Assembly (NCBI GenBank): GCA_017508605.1
Contig: JAFVYN010000069.1
Location: forward strand, 1-50,498
Source: Clostridia bacterium
Lineage (GTDB): Bacteria; Bacillota; Clostridia; Oscillospirales; CAG-272
Direction: 5' to 3'
DNA length: 50,498 bases
A model generated the notes under the pieces. It was not told the DNA's origin. It was given only the letters and a program-made list of their open reading frames with translations, and ran no database searches. This document shows positions 1 through 8,178 of this stretch, one piece after another. Both the position numbers and the translations under genes were made by a program. How positions within the stretch are numbered: position 1 is the stretch's first letter; the number at the start of each line of letters is the position of its first letter.

Positions 1-73
1 AAAACAGCTTTTCCTTGAAGGTAAGGCTCTTTGCCTGTGAAAATGTGGTGTCGGTAATTCTGATCTGTTTCAT
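1..73 (-). CDS. 5' end (24 codons, continues past the window start) of the gene controlled by the T-box leader; possibly a DRE-TIM/HMGL-like enzyme (LeuA/CimA type), tentative
   Basis: ATG at 73..71 has a GAGGAA SD 7 nt upstream and lies about 25 nt after the T-box terminator T-run. The translation is MKQIRITDTTFSQAKSLTFKEKLF. The I-x-I-x-D-T-T start resembles HMGL-like enzymes, but the usual RDGEQ motif is not present, so the product is a guess. Confidence 0.45.
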   Translation of the reverse strand, partial: MKQIRITDTTFSQAKSLTFKEKLF

Positions 74-95
74 AACTCGTTTCCTCAATTCATAC

Positions 96-130
96 AAAAT
101 AAAAGTCCCCGAAGCTCACGCTTCGGGGAC
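96..130 (-). terminator. Intrinsic terminator of the T-box leader (attenuator)
   Basis: Minus strand reads GTCCCCGAAGCGTGAGCTTCGGGGAC (130..105), a perfect 10-bp stem, followed by TTTTATTTT (104..96). Confidence 0.85.
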
Positions 131-350
131 GAAAACATTCGTCGGTACCACCCGAATTGCCCGAAAAGGGCCACTCTCGTTAGGCTCCAATAAGCCCTAT
201 GCCACGGTAACGGGGCAAGCCGTAGTCCACTACTTGTTTTCACGGACTCCGCTCCGAAAGCGAGATCGCAATAAAACCTCCTTACCGACTCACAGCCACC
301 GTCGGCTCTCTGAAAAGGAACTGCTTCAAGCGTAACTTTCATCAATGCGT
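96..350 (-). promoter_or_regulatory. T-box riboswitch leader (tRNA-sensing transcription attenuator)
   Basis: Read on the minus strand. UGAUGAAAG (GA/K-turn-like) lies near the 5' end. The AGAGAG box is at 311..306, followed by the GACGGTGGCTGTGAGTCGG distal-loop region. The conserved T-box sequence AATTCGGGTGGTACCG is at 159..145 and overlaps the 5' arm of the terminator. The ORF-track entries 15..335(+) and 85..345(-) are artefacts of this RNA. Confidence 0.85.
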
Positions 351-360
351 TTACTTGGGT

Positions 361-389
361 ATTGTAACACAGCGCTTCCCCGTTGTCAA
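361..389 (-). promoter_or_regulatory. Sigma-A type promoter for the T-box leader
   Basis: Minus strand has TTGACA (389..384), a 17-nt spacer, then TACAAT (366..361) with TGT immediately upstream (extended -10). Confidence 0.65.
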
Positions 390-508
390 GAGTTTTTCAA
401 GAAAAAATTAAAAAACAGAAAAAGACAGCCCACACTCCGCCTGCCGCCTTGACTTTTTCCTTGCGAAACGATATAATGATAGTATCACACAGAAAAGAGA
501 ACACAGCG

Positions 509-1228
509 ATGAAGATCACCTACGAGACTCTGAAAACACCCCTGAAAAAGACCTACCATTTCCTATTGCTGTCCGATCTGCACAGCGCCCTGCCCCGCGG
601 TTTTCTCCGCACGTTATCCGCCCTTACCCCCGATTTCATCATCATGGCGGGGGATATGGTCGACGGCTCCTTGCAGGAAGCACCCCATATGCTCTCTCTG
701 TTGGCGGGAGCGGCGGCGATCGCGCCAACCTACTACGCTACGGGTAATCATGAAGCATTCACCGACGGTGATATTGAGCTGATCTCCTCGCTCGGGATCG
801 CCTTTCTTGACAATAACGATTCGACCTATGAAGAGATCCGTATCGGCGGTCTTTCCTCGGGCTTCGGGCATTCCAAACCCTTTCACAAGACCCCCGCACC
901 CGACCTCGCCTTTCTTGATCGGTTTTCTTCGCTTGACAGCTACAAGCTTCTGATCGCCCATCACCCCGAATGGTTTCCTTCCTATATAAAAAACCGCGCG
1001 ATCGATCTTACCCTTTCGGGACATGCGCACGGCGGTCAATGGCGTATCGCGGGGCGCGGGATCTTCGCCCCCGGTCAGGGACTTTTCCCGAAATACACCT
1101 CAGGACTCTATACCGAGGGCAAAAGCTCTCTCATCGTCAGCCGTGGTCTTGGCAGTCATTCCGTGATCCCGCGGATCAACAATTCCCCCGAGATCGTGGT
1201 CATCACGCTCGAGGGAATCGGTACTTGA
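509..1228 (+). CDS. Calcineurin-like metallophosphoesterase (YkuE/YaeI type)
   Basis: Motifs LLLSDLHS, MAGDMVDG, GNHE, IAHHPE and SGHAHGGQ are present in the canonical order. The ORF opens at TTG 383. ATG 509 (MKITYETL) is chosen as the start, but the start is uncertain. Confidence 0.8.
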   Translation: MKITYETLKTPLKKTYHFLLLSDLHSALPRGFLRTLSALTPDFIIMAGDMVDGSLQEAPHMLSLLAGAAAIAPTYYATGNHEAFTDGDIELISSLGIAFLDNNDSTYEEIRIGGLSSGFGHSKPFHKTPAPDLAFLDRFSSLDSYKLLIAHHPEWFPSYIKNRAIDLTLSGHAHGGQWRIAGRGIFAPGQGLFPKYTSGLYTEGKSSLIVSRGLGSHSVIPRINNSPEIVVITLEGIGT

Positions 1229-1232
1229 TCTT

Positions 1233-2000
1233 CTACGGTAACGCCCGTTCACGAAGCTCGCGCGGTGACATACCGAAGCGCTTCTTGAAATCGCGGTAGA
1301 AGGTCGAAAAATCGTTATAGCCCACCGCCCGTGAGATCTCCTCGACCGAGATCACAGTGGTGAGAAGCAGTCGCTCCGCCTCCTGCAAGCGCTTTTTGAT
1401 GAGATACTGATACGGTGTCGTACCGTATTCACGCTTGAAGATCTTGATGGTATAATCCTCCGAGTAATTATAGCGCTCCGCAAGATCCGAAAGCGTGATC
1501 GGGGATCGGAATTCCGATGCCAGATAGCGCTTGATATCCTTGGCGATCACGGTACGCTTTTTCTCGGGAACGGTACGGTTTTCAAGACCGGCGAGAAGCT
1601 CGTACATCAGGGCGTTCAGCGCAAAGAAGTTTGCCTCATGCGAGCGGTAGAGACGCTCATATTCCTCCGCTACCGCACGAAGCGAGCTTTCGTTGATCTT
1701 GCCCCGAATGGGAAGCCCGTCGGCATCGGAGCTTGAAAACGAAGCGTTGAAATGAAGATAATAGTACTTCGGCTCATCCGAGGGGCGGTGACCCTCCTGA
1801 AAGAGTCCCGCGCGCTGAATGTAATATTCCCCCGCCGTGAGCGTTACGGGAACACCGTCCTCACGGAAGCGAAGCACTCCGTCGAGCATCATGATGATCA
1901 CGCTTTCCCCAAACGTGCGTGTAATATGCTTTTCGCCCTTTTCAAACTGGCGAAAGCCAAAGTATTTAAATTCGCAAAGCGGTTGTCGGCACAGGAACAT
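1233..2000 (-). CDS. AraC family transcriptional regulator (cupin sensor plus HTH)
   Basis: The C-terminal AraC HTH reads ITLSDLAERYNYSEDYTIKIFKREYGTTPYQYLIKKRLQEAERLL. ATG 2000 is preceded by GGAGG. The ORF could extend to 2084. Confidence 0.8.
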   Translation of the reverse strand: MFLCRQPLCEFKYFGFRQFEKGEKHITRTFGESVIIMMLDGVLRFREDGVPVTLTAGEYYIQRAGLFQEGHRPSDEPKYYYLHFNASFSSSDADGLPIRGKINESSLRAVAEEYERLYRSHEANFFALNALMYELLAGLENRTVPEKKRTVIAKDIKRYLASEFRSPITLSDLAERYNYSEDYTIKIFKREYGTTPYQYLIKKRLQEAERLLLTTVISVEEISRAVGYNDFSTFYRDFKKRFGMSPRELRERALP

Positions 2001-2126
2001 ATTTCCTCCATCGTTCGATTTTTGCAAGTACTGTCTTGAAGGTTTTTCTTCAAAACCCATCTGTTTTACGGTATTATACCACACCTTCGTCCCAATGTCA
2101 ATTCATTACGAAAGGATTTTTACAAA

Positions 2127-3953
2127 GTGTTAAGACCGCTCTCCTATTCTCCCCTCTCCCCGGCCGATATCTCACCCGAGGGATGGCTGAAAACCCAGCT
2201 TCGCCTGCAGGCAGATTCTCTTGCGGGGCATCTTGATACCGTCTGGCCCGATATCCGCGACAGCATGTGGATCGGAGGCAGCCGCAACGATTGGGAACGG
2301 GTGCCCTACTGGCTCGACGGTTTTATTCCGCTGGCATACCTTCTCGACGATGACGCGCTGAAATCCCGCGCCGCCTTTTATATCAAGGGCATTCTCGACC
2401 GTCAGTGCGAGGACGGTTGGCTCTGTCCGACCGAGAACCGCCATCATTACGATACCTGGGCAGCTCTGCTTCTTTGCAAGGTGCTTGCCGTCTGGTGCGA
2501 GGCGACGGGTGACAAGCGCGCCGAGGAAGCCCTCTATCGCTGTCTTAAGCAGTTTTCCGCCCATATAGACGGCGCGACCCTCCGCAATTGGGGGGCGGCA
2601 CGTTGGTTTGAGGGACTCATCCCGATCTTCTGGCTATACGAAAAACGCCCCGAGGACTGGCTACTTCTGCTCGCGAAAAAGCTTGACGTACAGGGCTTTG
2701 ACTGGGAGAAGGTCTTTTCTTCAGGCATGCTCCTTTCCCTTACCGAAAGCTGGGATTATATCTCGCACGTAGTCAATATCGCCATGATGCTGAAGAGCCG
2801 CTCGCTTGCCTCCCGTCTGACAGGAGAAGATCCCGACCGCTTTGCCAAAAAAGCTCTTGCCTTTTTACGGGAGCAGCACGGTATGGCAACGGGGCATTTC
2901 ACGGGTGACGAGAATCTCTCGGGCGACTCCCCCATTCAGGGCAGTGAGCTTTGCTCGGTCGTCGAAGCAATGTATTCCTTTGAAACGCTCTTTTCGGTAT
3001 CAGGCGATCCCTTCTGGCTCGATGCTCTCGAAAAAGAGGCATTCAACACCCTTCCCGCCGCCTTTTCTCCCGACATGTGGACACATCAGTATGTACAGCT
3101 CACCAATCAGGTACAGTGCGCGCGTACCGAGACCCGTGTCTTTCGCACCAACAACGAGGAAGCGCATATTTTTGGGCTTGAACCACACTACGGATGCTGT
3201 ACCGCCAATATGGGGCAGGGCTTTCCGAAGCTCGCCATGAACGGATTTATGCGGACAAAGGACGGATTTGCCGCCGCGATCCCCCTGCCGATGACCGTCA
3301 GAACGACCTATGACGGTGTTCCCGTCACGCTGTCCTGCGAGACCGAATATCCCTTTCGGAACAGTGCGGTCTACCGCATTCACGCGGAGCGCCCCGTGGC
3401 ATTCACCTTCTCGATCCGAACGCCGAGCGAGGTGACAAATGCTTCTGTCAATGGACATAGGACCGAGGCAGGGCAGTTCTTTGATACGTATGCCACCTTT
3501 ACCGAGTCGACCTTCACGCTCACCTTCGAGCCTATACTTCGTTTTGAAAAGCGACCCCGTGGAATGAATGCCCTGTGGTACGGCAATCTTCTCTTTTCTC
3601 TTCCCATACCTTGGCGCAGTGAGAGACGCGAATACGAGCGGGACGGCGTCAAAGGACAGTTTCCTTACTGCGATTACTACCACTATCCCACAGGCAAATG
3701 GCAGTACGGCTTTTCTTCAAGCGACATCGAAAAGATCCTCATCAAAAATCAGCCCTATACTCTCCCCTTTTCACCCGACGCGCCGCCCATCACCCTGACG
3801 GTCGGACTGTCCGAGATCCCATGGCAGATGCCCGACGGCAGATGCGCCCTCGTTCCCGATTCCCATAAAGCCCTCTCCAAGTCCGAAGCCCTCACTATGA
3901 TCCCCTACGGCGCCACCGTCTTACGCATGACGGAAATGCCTTTTACCGAATAA
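2127..3953 (+). CDS. Glycoside hydrolase family 127/146-like (beta-L-arabinofuranosidase family, DUF1680)
   Basis: 608 aa with a GTG start. The E-x-C (SELCSV) and H-Y-G-C-C-x-x-N (HYGCCTANMGQG) cysteine motifs are typical of the HypBA1 family. It is divergent from the AraC regulator. Confidence 0.7.
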   Translation: MLRPLSYSPLSPADISPEGWLKTQLRLQADSLAGHLDTVWPDIRDSMWIGGSRNDWERVPYWLDGFIPLAYLLDDDALKSRAAFYIKGILDRQCEDGWLCPTENRHHYDTWAALLLCKVLAVWCEATGDKRAEEALYRCLKQFSAHIDGATLRNWGAARWFEGLIPIFWLYEKRPEDWLLLLAKKLDVQGFDWEKVFSSGMLLSLTESWDYISHVVNIAMMLKSRSLASRLTGEDPDRFAKKALAFLREQHGMATGHFTGDENLSGDSPIQGSELCSVVEAMYSFETLFSVSGDPFWLDALEKEAFNTLPAAFSPDMWTHQYVQLTNQVQCARTETRVFRTNNEEAHIFGLEPHYGCCTANMGQGFPKLAMNGFMRTKDGFAAAIPLPMTVRTTYDGVPVTLSCETEYPFRNSAVYRIHAERPVAFTFSIRTPSEVTNASVNGHRTEAGQFFDTYATFTESTFTLTFEPILRFEKRPRGMNALWYGNLLFSLPIPWRSERREYERDGVKGQFPYCDYYHYPTGKWQYGFSSSDIEKILIKNQPYTLPFSPDAPPITLTVGLSEIPWQMPDGRCALVPDSHKALSKSEALTMIPYGATVLRMTEMPFTE

Positions 3954-3974
3954 AATGCTTTCATAATCGAAAAA

Positions 3975-4009
3975 GAGCTGATACCGACGGTTTTCATCGG
4001 TATCAGCTC
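3975..4009. terminator. Bidirectional intrinsic terminator shared by the convergent GH127-like gene and proA
   Basis: GAGCTGATACCGA / TCGGTATCAGCTC forms a 13-bp stem, flanked by an A-run on the left and a T-run on the right. Confidence 0.8.
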
Positions 4010-4016
4010 TTTTCTT

Positions 4017-5276
4017 TCACCGTATCTGACCGCTTCCCTTGATGCGGTACTGATAGCTGACAAGTGCCTCGAGTCCGAAGGGGCCGCGGGCATGAAGCTT
4101 TTGGGTGGAGATCCCCATTTCACAGCCAAGACCGAATTCACCGCCGTCGGTAAATCGGGTCGAGGCATTGTGATAAACAGCCGCGGCATCTACCGTGGAA
4201 AGAAAGCGCTCCGCGGCGCTTTCATCCTCGGTCACGATCGCCTCACTGTGTCCCGTTGAATGCGCGCCAATATGCATCAGCGCCCCGTCAAGCGAGTCAA
4301 CGACCCTGACGGCAAGAATGAGATCAAGAAATTCGGTGTCAAAGTCGGTATCGGACGCCCTCTCGCTGTCGGGCAGGATCGCTCTTGCCCGCTCATCACA
4401 GCGAAGGCTGACGGGGGAAAGCCCTTTTTCCCGTCTTTGCTCCACCAGCCGCTTCCAAACGAGGGGCAAAAAGCTCTCGGCAATCGCACGATGCACCAAA
4501 AGGACCTCGGCAGCATTGCAGACCGAGGGGCGGGAGGTCTTGGCATTGTCAAGAATGGACAGCGCCATATCGGTCCTTGCCGCTTTGTCCACGTAAATAT
4601 GGCAGATACCCGTCCCCGTTTCGATGCAGGGCACCGTCGCTTGCTCAACACAGGTACGAATGAGCGCTTTGCCCCCTCGCGGTATGAGAAGGTCGAGATA
4701 TCCCTTCGCCTTCATCATTTCCTCTGCCGAAGCGCGGGATCGGTCTTCAACGAGAAGGATCAGATCCTCGGGGCAATTTGCCGTCCGCAAGGCGCGGCGA
4801 AGTGCTGTCACGATGGCATTTGCCGACTTCCATGCCTCCTTGCCCGTGCGAAGCAGAACGGCATTGCCGCTCTTGACGGCGAGCGCGGCGGCATCCGAGG
4901 TCACGTTCGGTCGGCTTTCATAAATGATGCCCACCGCCCCCAGCGGTACCGTCATTTTGGTGATCACAAGTCCGTTCGGGCGCAAGTACTCCCCGATACA
5001 CCGACCGAAGGGAGCGTCAAGCGGAATCAGTGCGCGAATGCCCCTTGCCATGTCCGAAATACGCTCAGGCGTCAGCATCAGACGATCAAGCATCGCGGGG
5101 GACAGCCCCTTTGCTTCTTCAAGATCCTCGGCATTTGCCGAAAGGATCGCCTCACGATCATCTTCCAGCGCATCCGCCATCAGGGAAAGCGCTTCGTTGA
5201 CACGCTTCTCGGTAAGCCCTCGCGCAAGACGGGATGCCGCCTTGACACGCCTCAGAAGTTCTTTCGTTTATGTCAT
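4017..5276 (-). pseudogene. proA: Gamma-glutamyl phosphate reductase ProA with an in-frame TAA at codon 3 (uninterrupted ORF only from 5180)
   Basis: ATG 5276..5274 overlaps the proB TGA stop (ATGA). The reading is ATG ACA TAA (5270..5268) ACG AAA GAA..., giving MT*TKELLRRVKAASRLARGLTEKRVNEALSLMADALED. The full frame of 420 codons matches the usual ProA length. Confidence 0.8.
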
Positions 5277-6052
5277 ACCGTTTCCCCCTTCTTGGCGTAA
5301 AACCTCGTTCCGACTGCCTTGCCGTCGAGAATATCGTATAAGATCTCCGGGTTCTGTCCTGCCGCAATGACCATATCACAGCCCGATGCCATCGCGATCT
5401 TTGCCGCGCGGAGCTTGGTCACCATACCGCCCGTCGAAAGCGCGGTTTTGCCCCCCTCGGCAAGCTTCATGAGATCTTCATCCACCGTGTACACACGGTC
5501 GATCAGTTTTGCCGCGGGATCGCGCCTCGGATCGGCAGTATACAAACCCTCAATATCCGAAAGGATCACCAGAAGATCTGCCCGACAGTGCGAGGCAACC
5601 TCGGCGGCAAGGGTATCGTTGTCGCCGAATTCGATCTCGGCAGTCGATACCGTATCGTTTTCGTTCACAATGGGCAGTACCGATAGCGCAAGAAGACAGT
5701 CAAGTGTCGCGCTCACCTTCTCACTGCGGGATGGCTCGTGAAGATCGGGCGCTGTCAGAAGAAGCTGCGCAACGGTGCGGTTATATCCCGAAAACATGCG
5801 ATCGTACACGTACATCAGCTCGCACTGTCCCACCGCCGCCGCGGCTTGCTTCAGATCAAGCGCCCTCGGGCGTTCCTTCAGATGCAGCTTTCCGACACCC
5901 ATGCCCACCGCACCCGACGATACCAGAACGACCTCAACGCCGCTGTTCATGATATCGCTGATCGCACGGCAGAGCGATTACATTCTCCTGATATTCACAC
6001 ATCCCGTCGGATGCGTCAGCGTCGACGTTCCGACCTTGATCACGATCCTCAT
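5273..6052 (-). pseudogene. proB: Glutamate 5-kinase ProB (short form, no PUA domain) with an in-frame TAA at codon 25 (uninterrupted ORF only from 5950)
   Basis: ATG 6052..6050 follows a GGAGG SD. The translation is MRIVIKVGTSTLTHPTGCVNIRRM, then TAA (5980..5978), then SLCRAISDIMNSGVEVVLVSSGAVG in the same frame. The frame spans 260 codons in total. Confidence 0.8.
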
Positions 6053-6082
6053 AATATCCTCCATTCAAAAAAGATATCGTTT

Positions 6083-6111
6083 ATTGTACCACAAAATTTT
6101 CTTATTTACAA
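6083..6111 (-). promoter_or_regulatory. Sigma-A type promoter of proBA
   Basis: Minus strand has TTGTAA (6111..6106), a 17-nt spacer, then TACAAT (6088..6083) preceded by TGG (extended -10). It lies about 30 nt upstream of the proB ATG. Confidence 0.55.
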
Positions 6112-6151
6112 TATAAAACCGAAAAATATTTTCGTTTTTTCTTTTTTATAC

Positions 6152-6180
6152 AAAAAAAGAAGGCGTAAAGCCTTCTTTTT
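6152..6180 (-). terminator. Intrinsic terminator after divIC (hairpin with A/T runs on both sides)
   Basis: AAGAAGGC gtaaa GCCTTCTT forms an 8-bp stem at 6157..6177. A T-run follows it on the minus strand. Confidence 0.7.
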
Positions 6181-6205
6181 GGAAAGGATACCGATATCGG
6201 CACCT

Positions 6206-6514
6206 TTATTCTGTTTCCGCAGTCTCTTCCTCTTTCTCGATCTCTTCGGTCATCGGGGTAAAGGTAATGTGCTTCTCCCCCGGAAAATAATACCCGAGCT
6301 TTCGCATGATGCGAATGATATATTCATCGGTGACGTCGAGAGAAAGCTCGTGCTCGAGCCTTTCGTTTTCGGCAAGAAGAGCGTCGCGCATCGCCTGAAG
6401 CTCCGCCATCTTCTCTTCCTCTTCCCTGAGGGCGATCTGCGTGGAGATCAGCGTTACAATCGCCACCGTCGCGACGGCAAGCACGATGAGAATAAAAAAT
6501 ACCTTTTTTTTCAT
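6206..6514 (-). CDS. divIC: Septum formation initiator family protein (DivIC/FtsB)
   Basis: MKKKVFFILIVLAVATVAIVTLI is an N-terminal TM helix, followed by a coiled coil (EEEEKMAELQAMRDALLAENERLEHEL). A GAGGA SD lies upstream of ATG 6514. Its position after yabP-yabQ matches Bacillus. Confidence 0.75.
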   Translation of the reverse strand: MKKKVFFILIVLAVATVAIVTLISTQIALREEEEKMAELQAMRDALLAENERLEHELSLDVTDEYIIRIMRKLGYYFPGEKHITFTPMTEEIEKEEETAETE

Positions 6515-6908
6515 ACACAATCCTCAATTTCTTCACTATACCGATACAGCACCGCACAGGGAGTGTCAGCAAGGATACCGTTTTTTGAAACAGGGGATAA
6601 CAGATCCCCGAAAGTGTCAGCCGCCAGAGAAGAAAGCCGAGCGCATTCATGAAAAACGCCGAGATCCTCACCCTGCCGCTGTGATAAACAAAAAATACGA
6701 TGGCATCGGCAACACCGAGTGCCGTAAAGAAGAGAAAATCCGAAATGCCAACCCAAAAATGACGGACGAAACGAATCAGGAGAGGGGAGCTTTGCGTCCT
6801 CGGTCGAAGAGTACGGAGAAGATCGTAAAGACAGCCGGACAAAACGCCGAGCAAAAAGCACCACACAAGAAGAAGGAGAAGCTTCTTCTGTTCAAGATAA
6901 AGCGTCAT
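6324..6908 (-). CDS. yabQ: Spore cortex biosynthesis protein YabQ family (3' end uncertain; the last ~190 nt overlap divIC out of frame)
   Basis: The multi-TM N-terminal 130 aa are typical of YabQ. The start overlaps the yabP stop (ATGA). The Arg-rich tail after residue ~130 looks like an out-of-frame reading of divIC. Confidence 0.6.
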   Translation of the reverse strand: MTLYLEQKKLLLLLVWCFLLGVLSGCLYDLLRTLRPRTQSSPLLIRFVRHFWVGISDFLFFTALGVADAIVFFVYHSGRVRISAFFMNALGFLLWRLTLSGICYPLFQKTVSLLTLPVRCCIGIVKKLRIVYEKKGIFYSHRACRRDGGDCNADLHADRPQGRGREDGGASGDARRSSCRKRKARARAFSRRHR

Positions 6909-7186
6909 GCGTGTCTTCCGAACAGCCCTTTTTTCTTTGATGGGCGCTCTTCCGAATACACCAGGGCATCCACTCTGCCCGTCAGAACAAGACAGCCCGA
7001 AGATACGTCACTCTTTTCAAGGCGCAGATCCTCACCCTCGACCGTCAGAATGCCGAGCGTGGTCGAAACGAGAGCATACCCCGTATCAAACGTCAGAATG
7101 TCGATCACACCGTCAAGCGTGAGTCTTTTTCGTGCCACAAGGCAGAGTTCTTCCTTTCCCTGCCCGGAATGTGTTGTTTCAGCCAT
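6905..7186 (-). CDS. yabP: Sporulation protein YabP
   Basis: 93 aa. LTLDGVIDILTFDTGYALVSTTLGILTVEGEDLRLEKSDVSSGCLVLTGRVDAL is the YabP-family pattern. Synteny is conserved. Confidence 0.8.
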   Translation of the reverse strand: MAETTHSGQGKEELCLVARKRLTLDGVIDILTFDTGYALVSTTLGILTVEGEDLRLEKSDVSSGCLVLTGRVDALVYSEERPSKKKGLFGRHA

Positions 7187-7245
7187 ACCTTGCCTCCTTG
7201 TCGGGATAGACCATCCTATGCCGAAGAAAGCGGATTTATGACTTG

Positions 7246-7494
7246 TCAGCCCTGCGAAATGACCTCAAACATCGAGGAAGCCTCTGCCTTCCCAACGTGT
7301 TCAACCGTGCTGAGTACCCGTACGACCAGCGTGCGCTGACCGAAGCGGATCTCGATCTCGTCGCCGATCTTGACCTGATACGAGGGCTTCACGACCTTGC
7401 CGTTGACCGCGATATGCTCGCCGTCGCAGGCATCCGAGGCGACTGTGCGGCGCTTGATGAGACGGGATACCTTCAGATACTTATCAATTCTCAC
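7246..7494 (-). CDS. RNA-binding S4 domain protein (YabO/Hsp15-like)
   Basis: GTG 7494 has a GGAGG SD 6 nt upstream. VRIDKYLKVSRLIKRRTVASDACDGEHIAVNGKVVKPSYQVKIGDEIEI is an S4 motif. The longer ORF up to 7626 would overlap mazG. Confidence 0.75.
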   Translation of the reverse strand: MRIDKYLKVSRLIKRRTVASDACDGEHIAVNGKVVKPSYQVKIGDEIEIRFGQRTLVVRVLSTVEHVGKAEASSMFEVISQG

Positions 7495-8140
7495 TGTCTT
7501 CCTCCTTCGCCGCGACCTCAAGAATGCGGCGGTCACAGGCATCGTAAAGCGCTTTTTCGGGATCAATGCCGCTGTCATTACAAAGGGTAGCGATGTCAAG
7601 AAGCAGATCACCCACCACATGATCAAGAGGCTTTCCGTAGCCCGCCTTTGCCGCCTTCTTGGCGATCTTGGCGGCGCGCATCAGAGAAGGCAGGGTGCGA
7701 GGTACCGAATTCAGGGTATCGACAAGGGTGTCGCGGTGCTTGGTCTCTGCCTTGATCTTATCCCAGTTGGTCAGAACCTTATCGGTGGTATCCGCCTCTA
7801 CGTCAGCGAAAATATGGGGATGGCGCACCACCAGCTTGCGCGCGACCTCGTCGCAGACATCCTCAAAGGTGAATTCGCCCGCCTCTTCGGAAATGCGCGC
7901 GTGGAAGACCACCTGAAGCAGAACGTCGCCAAGCTCCTCGCGAAGAAGAGCGGAATCGGCGGTGTCGATGGCTTCGATGACCTCATACGTTTCTTCAATA
8001 AAATTCGAGCGGATCGACTCATGGGTCTGTTCGCGGTCCCAGGGACAGCCGTCCTCGGCGCGAAGAAGCGCCATGATCGACACGAGATCGTCGATCGTAT
8101 ATCTGGATTTATCCTTTAAGATCTTTGCCTGTTCATTCAT
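7484..8140 (-). CDS. mazG: MazG family nucleoside triphosphate pyrophosphohydrolase
   Basis: CPWDREQTHESIRSNFIEETYEVIEAI and LREELGDVLLQVVFHARI are MazG EExxE/D motifs. Confidence 0.85.
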   Translation of the reverse strand: MNEQAKILKDKSRYTIDDLVSIMALLRAEDGCPWDREQTHESIRSNFIEETYEVIEAIDTADSALLREELGDVLLQVVFHARISEEAGEFTFEDVCDEVARKLVVRHPHIFADVEADTTDKVLTNWDKIKAETKHRDTLVDTLNSVPRTLPSLMRAAKIAKKAAKAGYGKPLDHVVGDLLLDIATLCNDSGIDPEKALYDACDRRILEVAAKEEDSEN

Positions 8141-8178
8141 ACTGTATTATCCTTTTCTTTATAATATCTGAATTCTTT

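Noticed and set aside
15-345. ORFs 15-335(+) and 85-345(-).
   Set aside because: The region carries all the hallmarks of a T-box leader RNA on the minus strand, with a promoter and terminator. The ORFs have no SD and no protein-like composition.
4260-5300. Long plus-strand ORFs antisense to real genes, for example 4260-5300. Others are 5738-6652, 14971-16314, 34865-36769, 42939-44210 and 44244-45632, plus the minus-strand ORFs 40708-41754 and 41810-42649.
   Set aside because: They are shadow ORFs typical of GC-rich DNA. Their products are low-complexity and Arg/Gly/His-rich with no recognisable motifs. They fully overlap genes with clear family signatures on the other strand.
5268-5980. Reassignment of TAA to a sense codon as an explanation for the proA and proB stops.
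   Set aside because: TAA is used as a genuine stop elsewhere in the window. At the GH127-like gene (3951-3953) and adhE (41866-41868) it lies at or before a terminator. It also ends recJ (16247-16249). Global recoding is therefore not supported.
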